Source of the DNA: Trichosphaerium sp. ATCC 40318
Lineage: Eukaryota; Protista; Tubulinea
Direction of reading: 5' to 3'
Length of the DNA stretch: 64,000 nt
NCBI GenBank assembly: GCA_038496445.1
Contig: JALMLS010000593.1
Coordinates: 186,001-250,000 of the forward strand
A program made the translations under genes and the position numbers. Below are positions 49,567-62,752 of the stretch, one piece after another. The notes beneath the pieces are model-generated. The model searched no databases. It was given only the letters and a program-made list of their open reading frames with translations, and was not told the origin of the DNA. Numbering within the stretch: the first letter of the stretch is position 1; the number at the start of each line of letters is the position of its first letter.

Positions 49567-50643
49567 TTATTTATAACGATATTGGTTTTGTAATGTACCA
49601 CATTTATACCAACACTTATGTATTCCCTCTGGCTTATCATTAACATAGTTTTCTAGATTTCTCAATTGTCCATTACGATACCAAATCTTGCTTACTCCTT
49701 CTCTTTTACCATTGACATAGTTTTTTAGAGTTCTCAATTGTCCATTATGATACCAAGTCTTGCTTACTCCTTCTCTTTTACCATTGACATATTTATCAAT
49801 TCCCCATAAGTTACCATCAGAAAACCAACTTTTGTCATATCCTTCAAGCTCACCTTTTTTGTAAAAACACTGCCTTTTAATATTTCCACGGTGGCACCAA
49901 TGTATGCATTCTCCTTCTTCCAAACCGTCAATGTATGTCTCCTTGAAATACAATTGAGCATCGTACCACTCTTTGTGTTCTCCTTCGCACAAGCCCTCTT
50001 TATAACTTCCATGAGAGCGCAATTGACCATCGAGATACCATGTCTTGTAGTCTCCATCTTGCTCACCATTAACAAAATGGCAGTGTCTCCAATTGGCCAT
50101 TTACAAACCATTTTTTTTGAGCTCCTTCTAATTTACCAGTTAAATAATGACCATGTTCACATAATCTCGTTGAAGAATACCAATGCTTGTATTCTCCTTC
50201 TCTTTTGCCATTGACGTAAAAATATTGTTTACACAGTTTTCCTTCATCGTTCCACTCCTTATACTCTCCTTCAAGCTTGTCATTGACATAATTATATTGC
50301 GTACATATTATATCATTACACCACCAGTGAGTGCACTCTCCATCACGTTTACCTTGTGTCCAATACTGTCGACATAGTAATTTCGATTCATTTTCTCCTT
50401 TGTTTTTTCAACCATTTGCCATTTTTTTGTAAGTCACTATCAAATCTCGTTGTTGTTGCTGTGTGCTTTGATAATAAAGGCCATTTTAGATAAATGTCAA
50501 AATCTACATCTATAATTTCAAGGAGGAGCTCCAATGGAAGGTTTAATAGAAGCCTACTGTCTTGTTCTCTGTTGGGACTTAGCTAAAGTTAAATGTTAAT
50601 GTTTGACCATTCAGTTCACTCTTACTTGGCTTTTCGCTTTCAT
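49567..50643 (-). pseudogene. Frameshifted F-box-like + MORN-variant (YwqK-like) repeat gene
   Basis: LLNLPLELLLEII N-terminus, then many 23-24-aa GKREG..K.WY.NGQL....Y.N repeats; about four frame breaks between 50430 and 50080; one 5' intron, otherwise intronless. Confidence 0.75.
49640..49790 (-). repeat. Recent 72-bp tandem duplication of a MORN-variant unit
   Basis: Two near-identical copies of TATGTCAATGGTAAAAGAGAAGGAGTAAGCAAGAyTTGGTATCrTAATGGACAATTGAGAA. Confidence 0.85.
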
Positions 50644-51081
50644 TAAGAGGTAATGAGTGGTAAATTAGCTCTACTGATGCTACTATTTATTTCAACACTG
50701 GTCAATAGCACGTGCCGCTCGCGGCCCTTTCTTATTCTGTAACCTCAAAATTACCTTATTTAAAAAAGTCAGAATAACTTTGCTGCCATGCTCATATAGT
50801 TATATATATTGTATCAGCCAGTTGCAACAATTTTGCAATGTCCACCACAGCTGAACAAGGTCAAAATCGTCTTCGTAGCGTTTATATTCATCTGCTTCTT
50901 CGATAGTCACTTCACTACATGTTACAACCAATGCTTCACCCTCTTTTTGTTGCCTGGAGTGTATATTGTTTCGTTTTTTAAACTGTGGCACGTGATGTGT
51001 AAGATTGTCCGGTTTGGCGAAAGTCGTACAAAATAATCAATTCTCTTTTTAGCAATTGTCGCTTGGGTTAGCTACGGTGAC

Positions 51082-54000
51082 ATGTCAGCGAATAATGACG
51101 CTGCGTTGGTAACGCCACCATTATGTAGTAGCGTTTGGCGTTCAGATATTACACGCAGGGCTTTTGCAGCTCCAGACAAGCAACTCGGCCTTGGTTTGCA
51201 GGTATAGGCGTATTTAATGGCTATGGAGTTAACCGCGAGTAGAAAAAATCTCATACTGAAATTAGTATCGACAGCGCGGACTCTCTGTTGTGCCATAATA
51301 TTTTAAACGCAGTTTTGATCCCTTCTGGCCGAAGTAGTTACAGATGGAACATATTCGACTTAGATGTCCCAGATCAAGTTCGTGACCCTGTAGAAAAGGT
51401 AAATTTAGCATAATTGGACTGGCGAATTTAGTAGAGACGTTTAGGTTTGTAACTTCGTACCAGCCAATAAATCACCCGTCAAAGGTACGACAAACGGTTC
51501 TTTTTTTGTCTACTAACGCTTCAATAGCACTCTCGTGGGTTGGCGATATTATTGCTAGTACTACCACAAGCGGCGAGGTTGACATCTACAAGTATCCTCA
51601 CATTGATGAAAACAATATTGCAGATCTTGCAACAGAGCCAGCACATGCAACTACCTGTACTATTTGGATCCATTTCACAAAAAAAAAAAGACTTGCATTT
51701 ATTTATCAATTTCTAGTTCCTTACAAAGGAGGATCATCTCAATATGCAGCCTATTCTTTAGCCCTACATGTGGGTCAACCTTACTTACTACAAACCCATC
51801 ATACTACAGCGTACGTATGGGATTTTAACAGAACAAGTGGTCCAATCTGGGAAAAAAAATTAAAAGGACCATGTCATTCATGTGCTTGGGCTTCCTTTCC
51901 AGGACGTCTAGGAGGTAAGTTATTTTGGTTTTTCTATGTAATAAATCTAAGTAAATACGAAAGGAGCACAGGAGAACAGTTCACCACAACTCTTGCTATA
52001 TGCTGAAGATAGAATGGACGGTGATCATTGTATAAATATGCTTGATTTACGAACACGTCAAAGTGATAAGGCTGTTTGGAAGCATCACCATGCTCATGAA
52101 AATACTATTCGTGATGTTAAATGGAATCCATTCAATCCTCATTGGATTGCTACAGCTGGAGAGGTAAAACAGTGGAAGAACTAAAAGTTCTGGAGTGACA
52201 TTTTAATTTAGGATGCTATTATTAATATTTGGGATGTAAGGTACTCAAATGGTCCTATTTACTCTCTAGCAGATCATCATAATACTGTTCGGACTATTTC
52301 TTGGAGTGTAACAAATTCTGAACTCCTTGTTTCTGGTGGAAATGATAGACATGTCAAAGTATGGAATATTCGTGTTGAACCACATAAGCTTATTTCTCAA
52401 GCACATACATTCAACTCAGCTGTTGTTGGAGGTAAATATCTTAGAAATTCAATCAAACATAAATTGACTAATCTTTTTACAATAGTCGCATTTACTAACG
52501 ATCAACGTGCACAATTCCTTGCTGTTTCAGCAACAGGAGATTTGGTTAAGGCAAAGCTTTCACCTCAATTTATGGAACCTATGATACCACGAAGATTAGG
52601 GGACGGAGATAAACAAGTACGTACAGTTAGTTTTTTCTTTATTTTGTTTTGGCTCCTATTTTTAACGATGATTTATTAGGCGAGCGAAGTAAAGAAGAGT
52701 ATAGCACGTGGGATATATAATAGACATTTTGAATTAGCATTTAAGAAAGCTGTCATATTAGTGCAAAATCTTCAACGTAAGGAACGTATTGATGAGGCTC
52801 TAAAAGTTCTTGATATCTGTTATGAAAGGTAGTTCTCACTCATTTTTTTTGAACTGTTTTTTTCTTTTTGTGTCTTCACAAATTTGTAACTTGCTTACCG
52901 TTATACAAAATAGAAAGCCTATTGATCGTATTGATTTCTCAGTTGAGCATACTCTTGCTCAAATCCGTGAGGAAGTACAGTATGTCTTTAAATGATTTCC
53001 TTTTTTTTGACTTGCTAACATTTCTCTTCAAGTGAGTGTGCATACTTTATACCACCTAACTTCCCTGACCATTTATGGCCTCGTGTAGATAGAAGGTACT
53101 ATTGATATTACGTTAATCCTTACAGAACAGATATTAACGCTATTCTTCTATTTCAGTGTTACTGTGGCTATTGAGGACTTGAAGATTAATCTTCGTTTAA
53201 TGAGCGCTATACAGAACATCGAGACTGATCGTGGTAAAGAGCTTCTATCATACTACGCTGGTATGGCACAGTATTTGGTACGATATAGGTTGCATAAACC
53301 TTACGTCTAATGTCTGTCGATTGTAGAGGCGAGACGTTGATTGTATTCCATCTGAGTTGGTTATGAAAGTGTTCGAAGCAATGCTAGATATTGACTACCT
53401 TAAATCTGTCGAGATGGCTATTATCTTATCTCCAATATTTGGTGAAGCAGACAGATACACTGCATTTATGCCTATTGCACATCTTCTACTATATCCAACT
53501 ATTTTTGAAGGAGATGATGACGCGTTAATGGAGGTAAGTTTCCTTTGAAAATGAGAATATTCTAGAAACATAAACTTACGGTTTATCAGGCGTTAGTGAA
53601 TCACAAGGAAGTTGCCAATCAGATATTCTTCTTACGTGAGTTTATGAAGGCTCTATGGAGCCCAGAACCACAACAAATATGTCAAGTAGTACGAGAATTT
53701 GGTGCAATTGGTACGTTTGTTGTTTTCTAAAAAAACAATATTTGACTCACAAACTACTAGCTTGGGCTGGTGTTGTGAATGAGATATACTTGAGATACAC
53801 ACTTAACGAAGGCTTATTTGGCGAATTTTATGTTCGAGTACGTGGATGAGAACTTGACACACCTTCTTTTCTTAGTGTGTTTGTTAGGGTTCTGCTTTAT
53901 TGGAAGGTCTTGGAGGAAAAGGCAAAAAATTTTATCAACAAACTTATCATATGCTTGTTGATGCATTTCCTGTCTTCCAGAACTACTTACAGAATGTTCA

Positions 54001-55305
54001 AATGACTGAGTATGAACCTTGGAATGTAACACCTTATAAGAAGGCTGTTTTAATGACAGTTGATATCCTTCATAATTGCAAAGTAAGGCAGCATATTTTA
54101 GTGTTTTTTTCAATTTTTTTTTGTTTTGGTAACTGATTAAAGGTGCTTCGCAAAAACCTATTTGGTGCTATTCTACCAACGAATTTAAAGCAACTTACAA
54201 TTGATTTGGAGACAGCGTTACTTGAGCTTAGCTCTAGACATGATGCATCTACTAACACTAGCGGTAAAGTAGTAGCAGCAAAGTACGTCTACCTGTAATG
54301 AAAGCAAGTTGCTTCAAAAAGCTGTTTTTGTTCATTTCTCTCCGTCGTCTTTATGTCAATGTTTCGTTGCTAATACGAATAATAGGAAAGCAAAAGAGAT
54401 CAGAAAGGAGTTAGGAAGAATATTGGGAACAGTAGAGATTCATATATCGTATAAACGTGAAATTGATACTTTAAAACATATTCTTGAACCATTTTTGGGT
54501 ACAAAGAGAAAATCAAGAGGTGTTGCTGAGAGTTCTCGAAATGAGGTAGAAAATGTTGTACCAAGTGGTAAAGGTACGTAGTATATAGCTATCATTCAAG
54601 TAACCTTACATACGGTTTAGCTGTGGAGAGAGCAGGATCTACTTCGTCCACAACTGAACAAGAAGGTACTCACTTTTTTCCGTTTTTTTTTGTTTCGTCT
54701 TTGTAACCTTTTGGCTTTTAGATAAGAAAGAAGAGCCACCTCAGGTTCTAGAACCTATTAAAGAGAAAAAGTTTGATAAAGAAGCCAGACAAGCTTCACG
54801 AGAGAAAGCAAAGAGCAAAGAAGGATCATTAAGAAGGCGGATGAAAAGGTCTACACTTCGAAAAAGAAAGAGTGATAAACGTGAAAAACGTGAAGCGGCA
54901 GGAGATGATGGTGATGGTACAGCATCAAGGAAAGACAAACACGATAAGCATGATAAACACGATAGACACGATAGACATGACAAACATGAAAAGCACAAAG
55001 AAGACACTGAATCGTGAGTTTCTATATACTTGATATATTATCTATAGCACTTATTTATTTCTGCAATGGGTTTGAGCGAGTTTTGGTGTGATGTTATCAA
55101 AACGTGTCAACTTTTTTTTTTCTCTGTCCTGTTTTGTGGGTTTTTCACATGTCTATTTTTGTTTCTTATGTATCACTATGGGTTTATTGTTATGAAGCTT
55201 AAATTCTATTTTTCTAGTAGGGATGCACCACCTGCTCTTCCAGAAAGGAAGAAGAAAAAGCCTGCTCGTAGAAAGCACTCACGTAACCTATCCAATGTAC
55301 AATAA
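51082..55305 (+). CDS. Large WD40-repeat protein with helical middle and basic low-complexity tail
   Basis: AHENTIRDVKWNP...IATAGEDAIINIWD, HHNTVRTISWS...LVSGGNDRHVKVWN; many short introns. Confidence 0.8.
54930..55000 (+). repeat. 9-bp coding repeat, (D/E-K/R-H)n
   Basis: GACAAACAC GATAAGCAT GATAAACAC GATAGACAC GATAGACAT GACAAACAT GAAAAGCAC. Confidence 0.85.
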
Positions 55306-55409
55306 AACAAACCCAAAATAAACAGAAAAAAAAAGGAAAAAAGAAGAAAAATTCTCAACACTGTCAAGTTTATGAACGTAAATATATACAAGTAAACTCA
55401 ACATGGGGG

Positions 55410-56764
55410 TTATACAAGTGAGGGGGTTTTATTTTCAAAGAAAAGGTCCATAACTAAGCCTAAAAGAGGGACGTAGTTAGTGGCATTTTGAAAGAAAAGT
55501 GAATTACCATTGGATGTGTAGAACCAAACTAAATAGTAGTGTTGCAAGTACACCAGAAGTAAAACTTCTTCCCATTTCTGCATGGAAAAGTGACCACTCA
55601 TATTTAGTATTTCGAACGAATAATTCCATAAGAGCTAATGTTCCAAGAGTTGCAAACTGAAGCAGAAAAAAAAAAATTAGTGAAAAACTGAACAACTTTG
55701 ACACTTTTTTTTGTTCGGTTTTTTTTGGTTGGTTTATAAGCAACGTACACATAACGATATCAAACATGCCATTGTCCACATTGGTACAGTAGAATAGAAA
55801 TGAAGAATCCCAAGAACAATCTCAAAATAATAGATCCTTCTAGGCCAAACACGTCTACGTCAAAAAACAGTTAAGTTTTTTGAATTTTCTTTTTTTCTTA
55901 TTTTGGATTTTTCTCGTTTAAAAAAATCGTACTTTAACTCCAGGTAATAGGCCTTTGCATACATCTTCCTAACAAAGTAATGTCAAGACAAATTGGATTT
56001 GGTTTTTTTTTGAAAGTTTTTCGTTTTGGTGCTCGCTTACATTGTTTCTATTGGCATATGTACAGTAAATCTGTTGTTTTCATCCGTGTAGGTTTTATCT
56101 AGTGTGGTTAGAAGAGATTTGAGGGTATTTTACGTAAAACGCGGGTTTTTTTTAAAAGTGGCGGTTGCGCGCTATTTCGTGTACCTGGTGAGGGTGGTGG
56201 TATAATACCTTTAGAAATAAACTGTTTACGGCATTGATAGGGGTTATCATCCAGAGCGGTCATTTGCGACATATACCAGACTGTGATGGTTATATCAGCG
56301 ATTACGTGAAGGAATGGAGGGGCTACAATGAGAAATAATGTTTGTAGCCCAAGAATCGTCAATTTGTAATAGTATTGCCATAATAGAAGCTGTAGAGCCA
56401 CTGCAAGGTGACTGATGATCCATGGGCCGTCAATACGCTTGAACGTGTCGTATGTGAAGTAAATCGACTTAGATATTTGCCTATGCGTGATTCCGTAGCA
56501 CCACTCATAGAATGCTTTGATTTTGTTTGTAATGATGTATGTCAGAAACGGCATTAACCATATACATAGGTGCACGTTTAGATTCGACTCCTCAGGCGGG
56601 TCTTCAAATACAACCTGTCGAAGTTCGCCTTTGAACAGAATATGCGTGGGCCTCATGGCAATAGCAAAGCCTAGCGACCAATCACTTGTTAACCAAGAAA
56701 AAACAAACTCAAAGCAAGTACAAGGTAGGGTTTTGGCAACAAAAAACCCAACTACGTTAAGCAA
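55410..56764 (-). CDS. Multi-pass membrane protein, unknown family (start uncertain)
   Basis: Long exon 56108-56764 and downstream exons with several hydrophobic segments; TAA at 55410. Confidence 0.55.
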
Positions 56765-56831
56765 GGTTAAGACACTACTTCAAACGATGTGATACGTTCA
56801 TTAACATAATTTTTATTTATTTTTAAAGACA

Positions 56832-59076
56832 TTACATTTCACATGTTAACAGGTGCGTTAATATAGCACCATCGCTTAACTTTTTTATGACTAAGAGGTG
56901 TTAAAAAAAGAAATTTGGATAGTGTAATATTGTGCCTTAGTACGCCCAGGTAGAGTCCTTGGGAATGTTGGTACAGCGCCAGCGCGTAATGAACGTAATG
57001 AAGGCATTATCCATCGATTCTCTACGAAGAAATCATAGAGTTTTGTTGGAATGACAGGCTCTAAAAACAAACAGTAAATAGATCTGTAAAGTTGTTTTTT
57101 TTGTTATCATTCATTAATCACGTACGTGCTCGTAATTCCTCTGTTATGATAGTTTGTCGCACAGCGTCTATGGTAAAATCCCTTTTATCATTGAGATATT
57201 CCATAGAGCTTCTCATAAACTGCTCTTTTAATACCAAATATTGCTTTGGTACTAAGTGCAATTGATTGCAGATTTGTTGTTCTTTTAATGTAAGCAAGTC
57301 ACAGCTTGGTTTGCTGGTAACATTGAATGTATTCAAACCACGTCTCTTATAGCTTCGTTCTCCTGGCATATATGTAGGATCTGATCTAGATCTACGCATA
57401 CGTCCTGAACCTTGCCTGACGGACTTTGTAGCACTATAGAAAAAAAGAGTAAGCACAAGAATAATCTGTTAATCGACTAACCTTTCACCTTCAGCCAAAG
57501 ATTTTATACCCTTGGCACGGTAACCTTGGTATACTTTAATCTTTTGTCTTATTTTTGTCTCATTTAACAGTCCTGAAGGAGAGTTTAATAACAAAAGAAA
57601 GGTGCTGGCGTTCATTTACTAACCTTTATAAAACGTATTGAATTCATCAAGTGTCATGACTTGCATAAATTTTCTGAGATGATTATACACCTCCTTGTCT
57701 TCTTTAGAGCGTTTACGCTCCTCTGACTATATGACAATATGTCAAAAAACAATAAAATGTACAAAAACTGTACCGTCCGCTTCTTGCTATCATGCAAGTC
57801 ATGAGCGATTACAAACTGTCTTCTCTCACCACGTGTTTTAAGTCTCCAGTTGTAAATATCGAGTAACTTTAATTTCAAGGCTAAGACAGGTAAGTAAGAG
57901 ATGAAAATAAAACATCAAAAAAAATCGTTTTTTTTTTCCCTTCCAAACATACATTCAGATTCCTCAGTGTCGTATTCATCAAAATCAATGTGTTTTACTA
58001 CAGACTCGAAACTGTTGTCCCATTCAACATCGAACTCACCACGGAGAACCATGAGGCTTAAGCACTGTTAGACCCATTGTATAAACTATCAGAAAGTACC
58101 CTGAAAGATCATGATTGACGGGCATCGAAGCACCTGATTTTGGTGCAGGTGTGCCTTTTGCTTTACGCGCTACCCACACAGTCAGCAATAGACATAGATA
58201 TTTGATACTTACAAGGTCCTGCAGGCTTTACTTGGCTTTCACCACCGCTATTGAGGTGTGTGACTTCTTCACGAGATCCCATAGCTTTCGAGAAGTCCTA
58301 AAAAGGTTGGTTTACAAAACAAGTAAACGCATTAAATGTAAAGGCATACGGCTTCTGGCCAGTTAGGTTGATTAATGTAGTACGCTCTATAGTGATCTTC
58401 GCATTGTTCTCTGGTCTTTGTGCTAACATACTCGGCTACTTCTTCCCAATTCTCCATACCGTAGGTTTCTAAACCCTATAGGTGCGGTGAGTAGCTTATA
58501 ACAAAGTCAATCTTGTAGAATACCTCCAAAAGTAGTTGTTCTTCATCTGCGCCCCATTCCATGCAGAGGAACGGAAAGTGTAGATTTTCCATTACCCTGT
58601 AGTTGTGCCAGTTCTTGTGCGTGCCTACAAACGAACATGTCAAACGAAAAAAATGAACCGTTTACACGAGTGACCTTACCTATTTCAACTCCTGCTGTGA
58701 AACACTCGATACACAAATCGAAGTCTGAGTCTTCAGTTGCCTTTTGGGTGTTTTCAGAATTACAGTTTCTCGTAATGCATAACCGTACCGCTGATCGTAT
58801 CCTCACAACGTTACTAATGTCTTTGTGGCAGTAGTTGCAATGGTATTGAATATACTTTTCCAAGCCATCTACACAGTTATAAGAGCGCTTTTATAATTGC
58901 TGGTACCCTTTCGTTCAACTTTTTGCAGTATACGCCTCCTTTTACGCGGTCGTCTAAAAAACCACAATTAATTTACGCCTTTAATGGTTAATTGCATACC
59001 CAGGAGAGTCTAGTGGCGGTTGGTATGTACCATCAAGCTCACCTTCTTCGCGCTCGTGTTTACCGCTCGTAGACAT
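56832..59076 (-). CDS. ADA2: Transcriptional adaptor ADA2 (ZZ zinc finger, SANT, SWIRM)
   Basis: YHCNYCHKDIS..VRI....DFDLCIECF..G, WGADEE..LLE.LE.YGMENWEEVAEYV, RGEFDVEWDN, LTLKEQQICNQLHLVPKQYL. Confidence 0.93.
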
Positions 59077-59325
59077 TTACCACAGGTGCTTGCAAGGAAT
59101 ATACGTTAAATTATGTGTTGTTTTTGTAAAATGCTTCTTCAATTACTTTTCTCCAACTTGGTTCGAAGATTTCTATTGTTCCCAAAACTAGTTTCTCGCT
59201 AAGTCATAATATCTGATCAATTGTAGTGTACGGATCACAACAGCGCTTTAGTAGGTGTATCTGACAATTATAAAAGCAATAATAGTGGCTGACACTTCAT
59301 AACTTTAATACGCACTTCTAAAATA

Positions 59326-62300
59326 ATGCTAAAGCTTGTAAGCGCACGAGCGCGTAGTATCGGAGCGTCAAAACAACGAACGAATACTGTTGTAGTTTGT
59401 AGGCCTAGAAATAACCAAACAGCGACACCTCAGTCTCAAAAAGAATTGTGGAACCATTGGAATAACGATCCAACCGAATTTTGGGCAAAGCAAGCTGAAG
59501 GTTTTTAACGAAAGTTTTTAAATCGTACTCTTACATTTGATCCAGAGATTACATGGTTTAAGAAATGGGATACTACCCTTGACAGTTCTAACGCACCATT
59601 TTACAAATGGTTTAAAGGAGGCACCTTAAACACGTAAGATGAGCTGTGCGACGCTATCTTATCATCCACATAGGTGCTACAATGCCATAGACAGGCATTT
59701 GAAGACGCGAGCTAATCAAGACGCTCTTATCTGGTGCGCGTTTTTTTTAAACGCTAGCAGTATTTTACTAATGTGCGCTAGGAAATCTCCCGTTACGGTC
59801 CGATTTAGAAAACACGTGCAAGCCATAAATAGTAATTTTTCGTTTAGGGAGGTAGCGATACGTGGACATATTCGAAACTTCATGAGGAAGTAACATCCAT
59901 AGGCACGTGTTTTTATATTTCTATACAAGTACCTGACAAAAATAGCTGGTGGGCTTCGTGCTCAAGGTGTCAAGAAGGGTGATACTGTTCTAGTTTATAT
60001 GCCAATGGTGCCTCAAGGTTTGTTTAGAGTGTAATACTTGTTCCTAAACTATTTAGCTTGCGCAACAATGTTGGCATGTGCTCGTATAGGAGCTGTGCAT
60101 TCAGTAGTGTTTGGCGGGTACGTGTTATATTTGTAAGGTATCCACAAACCATTGCACCTAGCTTTGCACCAGACCGTTTAGCTAACCGGATCGACCACGC
60201 AAAACCTAAAGTAATTGTGATTGCGAGTTTTGGCTTGGTAAGTTGATGGCCAAAATGGTAGTTTGACGTTTTGCTTAGGAAAAAAGCAATAAAATACCTT
60301 ACAAAGATCTAATGGAAGAGGCTTTGAAAGTCGCTACACATGATCCGAGCTCTATCATTGTATATCAGGTACGTTTTTATTCCCGGTTTAGTACTAATAA
60401 GAGCAGAGACCTTCTATGCCGATTCAGAAGTTAGAACATCCTTACGTTGATTATGAAGACTTGGTGAAGAGTTCAGAACCTGTAATGGAGTGTACTCCAA
60501 TGGATGCCAATGATCCCCTGTATACACTATACACGAGTGGTACAACTGGCAGTCCAAAGGTACCGTTTACAATCTATAGCTGGTGACTCATTATGTTTAG
60601 GCTGTTGTGCGAGGTACTAATTATAGCTGTTTTTCCTTAAGTAACGCCTCCAAGATACTGGCGGACATGCAGTTGCTATAAATTATGCACTGCGAAATTG
60701 TTTTGGAATGGATCCAGGTGATATCTTCTGGGCTGCTTCAGATATTGGGTATTTCAACAACACTAAAACATATTTGAAGTGCCTCATACCGTTCTAGATG
60801 GGTTGTTGGACACTCCTTTATTATTTATTCTCAGCTGATGTACGTTAACTCATAATACCATACTCTAACAATATCAAGTGGAGGATGTACAACAGTAATG
60901 TATGAAGGGTGCGTGCAACATGTTTTTTTTTGTTATATTTTAACAAGAATATTATAGGAAACCTATTGGTACTCCGGATGTACGTACTCTTGGAGGATGC
61001 AATCATTAAATTATGTTAAGGCGAGTGCTTTTTGGCGTGTTATCAGTGATGCTAAATGTAACGGGTTTTTTGTTGCTCCAACTGCTATGTACGATCGTTA
61101 ATTTGGCCTAAACTATTTATAAGTCAATGTAGGCGTGCTATTCGTGGTGAAGACCCGGATGGTTTGTTACCTAAAAAATTTGGTACTTGTCACTTTGATT
61201 CAAACTAAAGACACTTATTTGGCTGTTAGATTTATCGTCTTTGAAATATATGTTCGTTGCTGGAGAGGTAATTTTATTGCGGCTACATATGTTGCTAAGC
61301 ATGAGTAGAAAGTAGATCCAGAGACTTTGGCGTACTGTAAAAGTATTACTTACAAGCGCATTTGTTGTGTATTTACTGGCTTTAGAAATATTCCCTGACC
61401 TACCTGTCATTGATAACTATTGGTACACTAAAATATCATATTTTTTTTCTAACGCACAAACAGGCAAACAGAAACAGGTAAAGCTGACTATAATTATATT
61501 CAACTAACAAATAAGGATGGCCAATGCTTAGTAACATGGTGAGACCTAAGGTAAATCCTACCAAACCTGGCAGCAGTGGGCTATTAGTTCCTGGATGGGA
61601 CATGCAGGTACACAATGAGAGTTTTCAAAGTATTTATCATATTGCAGATTCTCGACCATGAAACTGGCAAACCTGTGCCTGCCGGAGAAGAAGGTGTTTT
61701 AGTAGCTAAACTTCCTCTACCTCCAGGAGCTATGCTGACTCTATGGCCTAATGATAATAAATTGATGGCTGAGAAGTACTTGAACCAGTTCCCAGGTTTC
61801 TATGACTCCGGTGACACCTGTAAAATAGATGAAGATGGCTACGGTAATTCTAATATATAGCTTCTAAGTACTTACCTTGTACTAGCTTTTATCATGTCAC
61901 GTAGTGATGATGTTATCAATGTTGCTGGACATAGAATTGCTTGCTATGGCCTAGAAGAAATAGTCAGAGAGTTGCCAGAGGTTCGTTGTAATGCTTGTAT
62001 TGGAGCTAATGTCCTCTTTAAGATAGGCGAGTGTGCCATATTTGGTGTCAAAGATGACTACAGAGGTGAAGTACCAATTGGGCTACTTCAATTAAAATCT
62101 GGTGATCATACACGCTCAGATGAAGAGGTCATTGAAGCTACTATTAGTAGAGGTACCTTTGCTTGTTTCGCAAGTATTAAACTGAAGATTACATAGTGAG
62201 AACAAAGTTTGGTGCTTTTGCCTGCTTTAAGGTACGTCACGTTTCGTCTGTTCTGAGTTATCTCATAGTTTACTAGGCGGCTGGTGTAGTCTCCGGTATT

Positions 62301-62488
62301 CCAAAGACGAAATCAGGAAAAGTGATGCGTAATCTACTAAGGAAGATTGCGAATGGGGAATCTTATGATCGTACGAAAATACAAACTATGCTTGCAACTT
62401 ATAATGTGTAGCTGGTGCTATTGAAGATGAAAGTGTGTTAGTACATGTTGAGGATAGCTTGAAGAAGATGGGCTTCCCTAAAAAGTAA
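59326..62488 (+). CDS. ACSS3: Mitochondrial short-chain acyl-CoA synthetase (ACSS3/PrpE-like)
   Basis: [96 protein letters not shown]; many micro-exons. Confidence 0.93.
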
Positions 62489-62752
62489 TTTTTATGGTAT
62501 TCGTAAACTAGTCATTCATGAGAACCTTTACATAATCGATGGGCCATTCAATCTAATTCTTTATTCAATATTCAAATAAACGAAATTTCAAATTATTTCA
62601 GAATTTTGGTTGTAGTGGGTGTGAGGCTTGTTTGGAGTTGGAAAAAGGGTTGATTGATAATGGGGGATGGTAGGATAATGATATTAAGGTAATACAGATT
62701 GATTTATTTGTAAATAGAACAGTTAACGCCAGAACAACTTGAAAGAGTGCAT

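Noticed and set aside
50800-50991. 63-aa minus-strand ORF next to the MORN pseudogene
   Set aside because: No recognisable motif or splice context; cannot be supported as a gene
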